This document shows positions 38,009 to 48,125 of a stretch of DNA of 60,204 nt, one piece after another. Each line of letters begins with the position of its first letter. Positions within the stretch are counted from its first letter, which is position 1. The DNA is from Nemertoderma westbladi (lineage: Eukaryota > Animalia > Xenacoelomorpha): positions 1-60,204 of the forward strand of contig JAUCBJ010007390.1 of assembly GCA_032718475.1 (NCBI GenBank), read 5' to 3'. The position numbers and the translations under genes were made by a program. The notes under the pieces were generated by a model that saw nothing but the letters and a program-made list of their open reading frames with translations, ran no database searches and was not told the DNA's origin.

Positions 38009-41000
38009 CGAACTAAACGATGAGATAGAGCGCTGCAACGCTAGAACTCGGGACGAACTAGCCGTACGATTCTTTACCCAAGAACTGGTAGAGCCCAATT
38101 CATATGATAAGGCCCTATCGATAGAAGAAGAAAGAGCCAAGCAAATCCAGGAAACAACTACACGTTTTTTAAAGGAACAAGGTAGATATGAAATCGGCCT
38201 ACCATTTCGAAAACGAGAACCTAGATTTATAAATAACAGACCCTTGGCAGAGAAAAGAATCGCTCAATTACATCGACGCCTTACAGCTAATGCTTCAGCG
38301 AAAGAAATGTACCAAACTCAGCTGAAGAAATTTATAACAAAGGGATACGCGGAACGAGTACCGGAAGGAACACCAGTGACTGAGAGAACGTATTACTTAA
38401 CACATCATTACGTTCCCAAACCCGGTAAACCCCATGAAGTCCGAGTCGTATTCGATGGCTCTGCGCTATATATGGGCCAATCCCTCAATTCCGAGTTGTT
38501 ACCCGGACCCAACTTACTCCAATCTTTGTTGGGAATACTTTTGAGATTAAGACAATACTCCATCGCGTTCGCCTCCGATATCGAAGGAATGTTCTTACAA
38601 GTCAAGGCGCTGGATAGAGATAGAGACAGCCTGAGATTTCTGTGGTGGCCTGAAGGAGACCTCAATCAGAAACCGGTAGAATACTGGATGACCATCCAGG
38701 CCTTTGGAATCATATCAAGCCCTTCCAACGCCTGCTCCGTGGTGCGAACCACTGCGAATGACAACCGAGACTCCTTCTCAAAAGAGGTGATAGACAACAT
38801 CAAACGGAATATATACATGGACGACAATTTAATGTCCCTTCCATCAGTAGAAGAAGCCATAGATGTCGCGAAAGGAACGGTAGAGTGTTTGAAAAGAGGT
38901 GGATTTCGACTGACGAAATTCACCAGCAACTCCCGTGAGTTTCTGGAAGCGATACCGGTAGAAGACCGCGGAGCGAAAGACCTAGACTTAATAAAGGACG
39001 ATCTTCCTGAAACCAAGACGCTTGGCTTGAAGTGGGACACTGAAAGAGACATCCTGTTTTTTCAGCTCAAACAGCGAGATAATCCAGTTCGGACCAAACG
39101 GATTTGTTTAAGTATCCTGAGCACTTATTTCGACCCATTGGGATTTATTAGCCCAGTTATATTGATTGCTCGGAGTTTAGTACAACAAATGTGGCTTGAA
39201 AACCACTCATGGGATGATCCGCTTAAGGGAGAATTGTTAAAGAAATGGATGAAATGGGAAGATTCTCTACCTGCCATCGAGAACTTTATAATTTCCCGTA
39301 CCTATTTTGGCCATGTTCTTCCTACGTATTCCTATCAACTCCATGTGTTTGGAGACGCCAGCGACATGGGAATAGGTATAGTAGCATATCTACGAGTCGA
39401 AACCCCGGATGGAATCAAAGTCGCCTTGGTTACCTCTAAGGCATTGATTAACAACAAGTTAAAGGTTCCTCGAGCGGAGTTAAAGGCGGCTTTATACGCT
39501 ACAGCCATCGGCCGGAACGTAACGGAACAAATCGACTATCCACTGGAGAAAACGGTTTATTGGACCGACGCTTTACTCGTGTTGGAGTATCTAACCAATG
39601 AAGTCTGTCAGTTCAGCGTTTTTGTTACTAACAGAGTAGCTATTATTCTTAGTCGCACAAAGATAGATCAATGGAGACATTGCCCTGGTACGATTAATCC
39701 AGCCGATATCGCCTCCAGGGGAGCAACTCCACAGGAACTGATAGATACTCCAGATTGGTTGGGTGGACCCGACTTCCTGAGCAAGGAAGAGGATGAATGG
39801 CCTCCTCACCTTACTACGGCAGAGATTAGACAAGCCAAGGGAGCGGAGACAGTCAAACCTAAAACCCGGGCGAGTAAATCGAAGTTATTTAAACCGACTA
39901 TCGATCTATCTGTATTACATACTTCCGGGAATGATGCTTCGGATCCCCAATCCCTCAGCACAAATAAGTCTGTTGTGGAAATTAGAGATAAAGATTGGAA
40001 ATCTGGAATACCAGACGTCTCGCAAGGAATCTCACCCATGCTGCAGAGAGCAATGCATCATTACAGTTCCTGGAATCGGCTCTGTAAAGCCGTCACATAT
40101 TTAAGACGATGTTTTCATCATCACTACTCCAGGACGAAGACCACTAGTGATACCGCTCCATTGACATCTGCACAAGTTCATGTTATTAAAAATTTACCCA
40201 AATATAAGACATCTGACCGATTTCTAAAGGAGAAAATTAGTCACCAGGAGCATGAAGAAACCAATAGGCAGATACTGAGACTCCTGCAATGCTATGAGGA
40301 TTCCGAAAAGTATTTCCTATTGTTGAGAAATCCGCAGATGCGCTTAAGGGATCGATTCTCGAGCACAATGATAGATGGGTTAATACGTGTTGGAGGAAGA
40401 CTCACCAACGCGCCCTTATCCTTTGACACCAAATTCCCCATACTTATTAGAAATCTTGAAGTACAAATCAAGATGATTGTAGATGTTCACAGTAAACTTT
40501 ATCATGCTGGTAGAGAACGAATTCTTAGCGAAATTCGAACTCGCTATTATTTTGATAAACCCCGTAGAGCTCTGAACCAAGTTCTTAGGAACTGCATACC
40601 CTGTAGGAAAGCATTCAGTAGGCCTTTAACACAGCGAGAGGCAGAATTACCTAGGGAACGAGTAAGCTTCTATGAACCACCTTTTACTAATACTGGTGTA
40701 GATTTATTTGGCCCTATTGAAGTATATCGTGCGAGGACTATAGTCAAGAGATGGTGTGTCATCTTCGTGTGCATGACTTGTAGAGCCATCCATCTCGATA
40801 TGGTGAACGATCTATCTACCAACAGCTTCGTCTTAAGTTTACGACGACAGATCGCTCGCTTCGGGACGAGTAATACCATGAGATCGGATAAGGGAACGAA
40901 CTTCATTGGTGCCAACAACGAAATACAGGCTTACGTGAAGGACTGGAACCAAAGACAGGTGGACGACCAGCTAAGGATAACAGCGTCTAGCTGGACCTTC

Positions 41001-41693
41001 AACGCCGCCGACGCCCCTTGGTGGGGAGGAAGTTGGGAGAGATTAATTCGAAGTGTCAAAACCGCATTTCACTTTATAGTGCCATGCCGCGCGTATCTCA
41101 CCGACGAACTTTTGCGGACGTTAATGGAGGAAATAGATGCCTATCTCAACGAGAGACCGCTTATGCCAGTCTCATCGAGTCCCGATTCCCTGGAAGCGCT
41201 AACACCCGCGCACTTCCTACTGAAGAAACCTGTAGCCATGCTCCCACGATTGGAGATTGCCGACGGAGACGAATACTGCCGTCGAACTTGGCAACTTATG
41301 CAGTTGCTATCCCGTCGTTTCGCTGACCATTTCGAGAAACATTATCTGCCCACGCTACAACTTCGAACTAAGTGGTTTGCGCAGCAAGATATGGTGCTTA
41401 TTGTAGATCCAGACCTCCCACGTAAACGGTGGCAGACAGGTCGTATCATCGAGACCCACATCTCAGATGATGGTTTAGTGCGCTCAGTAGAACTTGTCGT
41501 CATGCGGCGTAACTTCAAGAAGCCAGGCATAATCTTTGAGACGCAACAACTCAATCGCCCAGTTGGTCGTTTATGTTTACTGGAAAGAGACAGAGAACTC
41601 TCCGGGAACTATGGAAGGCAAGACACTCTTCCCACGACCACCTCCCTAATTCCTCAAACATCCAGTAAGCAACCGAGGGTGGACTCTCTATAG
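37983..41693 (+). CDS. pol: BEL/Pao pol: RT, Pao RNase H, integrase; protease absent
   Basis: GRYEIGLPF, RVVFDGSA, ASDIEGMFLQV, IYMDD, FDPLG, HVFGDAS, PRAELKAA, NPADIASRG, H-H-CxxC, GVDLFGP, SDKGTNF, WWGGSWERL. Confidence 0.93.
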   Translation: MKKPQKYSDELNDEIERCNARTRDELAVRFFTQELVEPNSYDKALSIEEERAKQIQETTTRFLKEQGRYEIGLPFRKREPRFINNRPLAEKRIAQLHRRLTANASAKEMYQTQLKKFITKGYAERVPEGTPVTERTYYLTHHYVPKPGKPHEVRVVFDGSALYMGQSLNSELLPGPNLLQSLLGILLRLRQYSIAFASDIEGMFLQVKALDRDRDSLRFLWWPEGDLNQKPVEYWMTIQAFGIISSPSNACSVVRTTANDNRDSFSKEVIDNIKRNIYMDDNLMSLPSVEEAIDVAKGTVECLKRGGFRLTKFTSNSREFLEAIPVEDRGAKDLDLIKDDLPETKTLGLKWDTERDILFFQLKQRDNPVRTKRICLSILSTYFDPLGFISPVILIARSLVQQMWLENHSWDDPLKGELLKKWMKWEDSLPAIENFIISRTYFGHVLPTYSYQLHVFGDASDMGIGIVAYLRVETPDGIKVALVTSKALINNKLKVPRAELKAALYATAIGRNVTEQIDYPLEKTVYWTDALLVLEYLTNEVCQFSVFVTNRVAIILSRTKIDQWRHCPGTINPADIASRGATPQELIDTPDWLGGPDFLSKEEDEWPPHLTTAEIRQAKGAETVKPKTRASKSKLFKPTIDLSVLHTSGNDASDPQSLSTNKSVVEIRDKDWKSGIPDVSQGISPMLQRAMHHYSSWNRLCKAVTYLRRCFHHHYSRTKTTSDTAPLTSAQVHVIKNLPKYKTSDRFLKEKISHQEHEETNRQILRLLQCYEDSEKYFLLLRNPQMRLRDRFSSTMIDGLIRVGGRLTNAPLSFDTKFPILIRNLEVQIKMIVDVHSKLYHAGRERILSEIRTRYYFDKPRRALNQVLRNCIPCRKAFSRPLTQREAELPRERVSFYEPPFTNTGVDLFGPIEVYRARTIVKRWCVIFVCMTCRAIHLDMVNDLSTNSFVLSLRRQIARFGTSNTMRSDKGTNFIGANNEIQAYVKDWNQRQVDDQLRITASSWTFNAADAPWWGGSWERLIRSVKTAFHFIVPCRAYLTDELLRTLMEEIDAYLNERPLMPVSSSPDSLEALTPAHFLLKKPVAMLPRLEIADGDEYCRRTWQLMQLLSRRFADHFEKHYLPTLQLRTKWFAQQDMVLIVDPDLPRKRWQTGRIIETHISDDGLVRSVELVVMRRNFKKPGIIFETQQLNRPVGRLCLLERDRELSGNYGRQDTLPTTTSLIPQTSSKQPRVDSL

Positions 41694-41756
41694 CCGAGGG
41701 GCACTTGTATAATAACTAATAATCACGAACCCCATCCTCTTATAATATATAACTCT

Positions 41757-41825
41757 GTAGTAGTCAGTAGCAGTAGTAGTAATAGTAGTAGTAGTAGTAG
41801 TAGTATAAGTAGTAAGTAATAGTAA
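41757..41825 (+). repeat. (TAG)n-like microsatellite
   Basis: Directly visible. Confidence 0.8.
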
Positions 41826-43051
41826 AGGAGATCGGTTTAAACCAAAGTGATAAAGTAACATTATTATATAACATAATCATATAGACAAAGTAGAATAAGA
41901 TACAGATTCATAATTATTTTATCAAACTCATGTACTACTTACTTCAATGTGCCCATTGTAATAATAATTAAACATATTATTCCGATTAATCTGTGTTTGG
42001 CCCTATAAGATATTATACTGAAGTGTTTTATATCAATATATCCATGCGAGTAAACAAGAAGTGAAGTAAATGTTTATTATTATAGTTTTAGAAATTGAAT
42101 GATATACCCAAGATAGTGAAATAGATAATATACAAGAAATTGCCATTTGATCAGATATATCAAAGCGGCGTCTTTAGTATAATACCGTAATAGTATCAAT
42201 TAACTCTGTTATACAATGTAAATATACTACATTTATTTATAAATATATTATGAGCCCTACATTGTATATTTCTCCTACAGGTAGACAATGTAGTATGTTA
42301 AAACTTGATATAATTTGATATAATGTATAACATATTACAAATAAGACTGAGGCAGCTAAACTATATTGCAAAGAAATCAAATATCCTAAAGTAATATACT
42401 AGACCCTCCCTCCACCCTATAAATAGTGTTCACCACCTACCCCACCCACCGCCCTTATTACTTCATAATAATGAAAGATAGTACTGGCGCTCCGGTCACT
42501 CCGTTCCCTCCGCTGGGGGGGTTAAGTTGTAGGTTTTGACACTATGCAAAATCCGAGCACAGAGTTAGAAGCGCATTGGATAGGCGAACATTTCTTGCAG
42601 TGAAAGTATTTCCATACCTATTATAGTTTTCGAGATAGTCAGACATGAGTAGCTAAAATTTGAATTTTTTTCGGTAAAGTCTGATTTCACCGGTACCTGT
42701 CATCCGAAATATGGATTGTGATATATCGTTAGATGCGGGTCCACTAACTGTACATTCACATATTTTCAAGGAAAAAATTCGATCAAGGGTTTTCGAAATA
42801 TTTTCGAATTACCGGAAGCAGACTTTGGACGACCATATCTCCAGTACCGGTAGGCCTATTGAGTCGAAATTTTTTTTAATCTACTTAGAACACTCCAGTG
42901 AATGTTTTTTAGTTTGAAAGTTTTGCCCCAAAATGCTCAGAAGTAATTTCGAAAAAACTGATAATTTCGCGATCATGATCTTTTGACCCCCTAGAATTGA
43001 ACTTTTTAATGGTCAAATTTTGGCTACCCCCCCTAATTCGAGCGACCCCCT

Positions 43052-44520
43052 AAAATCGGGGGTCTCAAACAAAGTTTTCGAGAAAATCGGGAAAAACAGA
43101 AAAACACGATCTTTTATGATCAGGAAGCTGATCTCGAGAACTGGTTGCCCGATCGAGCCAATTTTTTTTTATCAACTCAGAATAGACCATTGCACATTTC
43201 TTACAATGAATGTTTATTAGAAAAATGCTTAGATTCGATTTTAAATATACTGATCTTTTCGCGATCATGATCTTGAGTTTTGACCCACTAGACTTGAACT
43301 TTTTTATGCCCAAATTTTGGCTACCCCCCATAATTCGAGGGTGAGGAATCTTTTTGTGATGTTAAGTTTATCCATACGGTGAACTCCCAGGACTTGGTCT
43401 TCGAAATAAAACAGAAAACACGATCTTTTCTGATCGCGGCCTGATCAAATCGCTTTTTGAAAATTTCGAAATGCTCAAAAGTTGCCCCTTCATCATAGAA
43501 GTCGATTCGTAAAAAAAAAATCGGGGGTCTCAAACAAAGTTTTCGAGAAAATCGGGAAAAACAGAAAAACACGATCTTTTATGATCAGGAAGCTGATCTC
43601 GAGAACTGGTTGCCCGATCGAGCCAATTTTTTTTTATCAACTCAGAATAGACCATTGCACATTTCTTACAATGAATGTTTATTAGAAAAATGCTTAGATT
43701 CGATTTTAAATATACTGATCTTTTCGCGATCATGATCTTGAGTTTTGACCCACTAGACTTGAACTTTTTTATGCCCAAATTTTGGCTACCCCCCATAATT
43801 CGAGGGTGAGGAATCTTTTTGTGATGTTAAGTTTATCCATACGGTGAACTCCCAGGACTTGGTCTTCGAAATAAAACAGAAAACACGATCTTTTCTGATC
43901 GCGGCCTGATCAAATCGCTTTTTGAAAATTTCGAAATGCTCAAAAGTTGCCCCTTCATCATAGAAGTCGATTCGTAAAAAAAAAATCGGGGGTCTCAAAC
44001 AAAGTTTTCGAGAAAATCGGGAAAAACAGAAAAACACGATCTTTTATGATCAGGAAGCTGATCTCGAGAACTGGTTGCCCGATCGAGCCAATTTTTTTTT
44101 ATCAACTCAGAATAGACCATTGCACATTTCTTACAATGAATGTTTATTAGAAAAATGCTTAGATTCGATTTTAAATATACTGATCTTTTCGCGATCATGA
44201 TCTTGAGTTTTGACCCACTAGACTTGAACTTTTTTATGCCCAAATTTTGGCTACCCCCCATAATTCGAGGGTGAGGAATCTTTTTGTGATGTTAAGTTTA
44301 TCCATACGGTGAACTCCCAGGACTTGGTCTTCGAAATAAAACAGAAAACACGATCTTTTCTGATCGCGGCCTGATCAAATCGCTTTTTGAAAATTTCGAA
44401 ATGCTCAAAAGTTGCCCCTTCATCATAGAAGTCGATTCGTAAAAAAAAAATCGGGGGTCTCAAACAAAGTTTTCGAGAAAATCCGAAAAAACTAAAAAAT
44501 CTGATCTTTAATGATCAGGT
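43052..44520. repeat. 465-bp tandem repeat: 3 apparently identical units plus diverged partial flanking copies
   Basis: Identical ORFs recur at 43065/43530/43995; related degenerate sequence spans ~42830-44850. Confidence 0.95.
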
Positions 44521-45723
44521 ATCAGATCTCGAGAACCGGTTGTCCGATCGAGCCAATTTTTTTTTTAATCGACTCAGGGCGGTGTTCTGAACGTTTCCTA
44601 CAGTAATTGTTTATATCCAAAATGCTTAGTTACGATTTTACGAAGTCCGATCTTTGCGCGATCATGATCTTGCGTTTTGACCGGGAAGAATTCACTTTTT
44701 TTTAAATATTTTAACGGGAATCATGACTAATGTGGGGTCGCTGAATCTTTTTGTAATGTTAAGTTTTTCGATTGGAGCAAGCCTTGAGTGTCCGATACCT
44801 GATCAAAACTGATCTTTGCTGATCACGGTCAAGATCTTGATCGGGCAACTTCAAACTCGAAGTTGTGAAGGTAAACCAATATGCTGCCTATCGATTGGCG
44901 CCGGTCCCAACTCCGTAGCATTAGCCGTTTTGGCTGTAGCTCCATAGCAACGTGGTTGCTAGGGAAGCGGACTTTTTGACTCAAATTGGCCCTAGCCGGA
45001 GAACCGTAGACTTTTGAAACGTAATGTATATGGGAAAAAGTCTTCTAGATAAATTTTGGGGGGGGGGTCTAGGAACATCCTATTGTTCGTTTTCGCTTAG
45101 TTGCTGAGATCCTCTCGTCCCACAAATTCCAGGATTCTATAAAGGCATTCTGCTGGACTAGTTCCGTGGCCGGAATAGTGTTCGGTGTTCTGCGAACAGA
45201 GAACCTAATCGGTTTAGGGCCCTGACAGTCTAGGGACTCCCCCACGTGATACGTCTGGAGTGGGTGTATGACTATATTATTTTATCTATTTTGTTATATT
45301 TTTATATGCGAACTTTATTATGTACTTTATTATAATCGTTTTTATTCAATTTTATTTAGTAGAATGTTATTTTAGTGATTATTTAGTAGATTAGTGCAAT
45401 ATATTAGTGTTTATTACGTACGTAATTACTTATAATATATATTTAGTGCGACGGCGAGAAATAATTTTTTCTCTTTCCTTACTGTCCGTATCATATTATA
45501 AATACGTGACTACAGTAAGATGAAATGTCCGTACTTCTTAAAGTACAATAAAGCCACTACTATATTCAAGTATTATTGGTAGGCAGAGAATTAGGAATGC
45601 AAAGTTCAGATCCTCGTGTCTCGGCTAAGCCAAGCTCTGGGTAGACCTTGGAAACGACTTGCCTCTTCACACTGACATTGCTTCGTGCGATATTGCTCTT
45701 CTACCTTATATTAAATAATACAT

Positions 45724-46980
45724 ACTAGAAAGGCATTTCCTAAAGGAAATGCGACCACGAAGCTACGGAAAATTAAACAAAGGTTGCTTAGCCTAGTTTA
45801 GTAGCAATTGCCAATAAATAACTTCTATTCCCATGGAAACTAGAGTTCTCTGAAACTGTTGGTTTTACCTTTGAAAAAAGATTCAGTCCAGATTGTGGTT
45901 CAGATAACACATACCAAGTTTCAGAAAATATTGTAGTTTATGTCCAACTACCGATTTTCTATCAAAATGCATCTGTTTGCAGTGGTTGTCATGGAATCTG
46001 AAAAATAGAACAATGTAATTCGGATGCAGAATAAGTCATATAATGGGGGTAGGTCTTGGTCCCAAGTCATAATACTATTAACTTGTGTTTCAAATGATCA
46101 TTTTAGAAATTTTAACATCTGTTTTGTCTTATTGCTATGGTAATTGGATTGTGTAACTAACCTCGAATGGATTGTATATGGACCTTACAGATGAGTTGCA
46201 AAACCCCAAATTTATATTTATTACATTATTTTGCTACAAATAGAGTATTGAATTTAGACTTGAATGATATAGACTTTAATAAACTCCAGTTACCATGGTA
46301 ACAAGATATTTGTGGAATGTTTTCAGTTTCACTAAAAGTTCCAACTAGTGGTCCAGATAACACATTCCCAGTTTCGTAAAATTTTATCGCGAAGACTATG
46401 TCCAAATGAGTAATTTTTGTATAAAAACATCTGTTTTCAGCGGTTGTCATGGTAACTGCAAAATAGAACAATCAAATTCGGACGCAGAATAAGTTATATA
46501 GTGGGGGTAGGGGTTGGTCCCAAGTCATAACACCATAACCTTAGGCTTCAAATTAACATTTTATAAATTTTAACATCTGTTTAGCCCGGTTGCCAAGGTA
46601 ACTGGATTTTCTATTTAACCTCAATCGGCTCTGCTATGGACCTTATAGTTGAGTTGAGAAACCCCAAGTGTTTATATCTATTATAGTTTTCCTACAAATA
46701 GAGTTATAAATATTGACTTGAAATACATAGACTTTTTTCTAAGTCCGTTGCCATGGAAACCAGATTTTTCCTGGATATGAGACCCAGCCCAAAAGATGCG
46801 CCTCGTCGAGTAGTATATACATGCAAAATTTCAGGGTACTTTTAAAGGCTAGTTTTTTCACCTATCAAAAAACACTAAATCTGCTCCATACAAGTAAAAT
46901 AGCCCACTATGAATAGACCATCTCAGCTAAGGAAAATCTTTCTTAGCGAAAGTAGTTGATTTTCCTTAGCTTCGTGGATA
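45724..46980 (-). mobile_element. Non-autonomous Helentron/DINE-1-like element with an internal ~470-bp diverged duplication
   Basis: Subterminal inverted repeats ccacgaagctacggaaaat (45755-45773) / attttccttagcttcgtgg (46959-46977). Inner IR at 46925-46938; hairpin gcatttcc/ggaaatgc next to a terminal CTAG (45725-45728). Confidence 0.65.
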
Positions 46981-48125
46981 GTAGCGTGATGTCCCTCTAA
47001 CAGTAGCGTAAAACGCAAATAAATCTGTTAAACCTTTTGACCATCTGTAATTCTAGTCGATTAAGATATCGCGGCACCCACCGATATACTTGAAAGACCA
47101 ATTCTAGAATCAGTGGTTAACGTCCCCAGACAAGCTCTGGAATAAATCGGTGCCCATCTTAAATATTAATTTAATATTTATTAAAATCTGTAAAATTCAG
47201 ATCCATTAACAATTCTAGTCGATTAAGATATCGTAGCACTTCCCGATACTCTTAAAAGACAAATTTCATAGAATTAAGGATCCTATGTTCCCAGACCTGC
47301 TCTGGAATCAAATTGTGTCAATTTTAACATCAAATAATAAAATTCACGGGAATAAATTCAAATTCATATTTTAAATGAATTTCACAAATTGTCATTTTGT
47401 ACAATTTATAACATTCCCAAAATTCCATTAATTAATAGATCATGGGAGCGGAGATTCATCCTATTGAGTGTATTAGAGTGCGAGAATCTCCAACATATAG
47501 TCAATAGCCGATAAAATTAATAAAATCATGCATAAAGAGGATATTGACAATTAAAGAATTATTATTAAATAGCATCCCAGATCTGTATGCATGAGAATTA
47601 CCCTAATTCTACCGCTAGCATTCCATAATGTCACCATAGCAACACCCACGCTAGAATTAGAAGCAAGTTAAAAGAACAATAGAAAGCTTGTCCCATTGCA
47701 TAGCATAGAGAATATAGCACACTGCTAGTATCCAAGGATACACAGTAATAACGTGACATTCTGGAAGGCACTGACTAACGGACAAATGGCCTGTATGTGT
47801 GCAGTTGGTGACAGTTGTGTGGAATTTGTGCGTTTATAGGTGAATGTTACTGCTAAAGTATGTTTACAGTAGCTAGTCGCAATTGTAAAAATAGCCCAAC
47901 TCTCCTATAGAAAGAACCTAAGTGGATCCAAGCCTTTGGGACGGACAGTGGAGTGACTTGTGCCGGTTATCGTTGTCGTGCTGTTGCTACATGTTGGCGT
48001 AAACACCGCGACGACGGTACATCGGCGCTGAGAATCCCACTGTCCGGGGGCAAAGAGAAGTAGGCAGCGACGCCCGCTCGCCTAAATATAAACTTATTTG
48101 ATATTAATAAACTCAGATAGCAGAT

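Noticed and set aside
43020-44463. Repeated 66-88 aa ORFs as a tandem gene family
   Set aside because: Non-ATG or short frames in both orientations within the 465-bp repeat; no domain signal.
47041-47340. ~160-bp diverged duplication as a separate element
   Set aside because: A real duplication, but with no termini or TSD; treated as spacer sequence of the BEL element.
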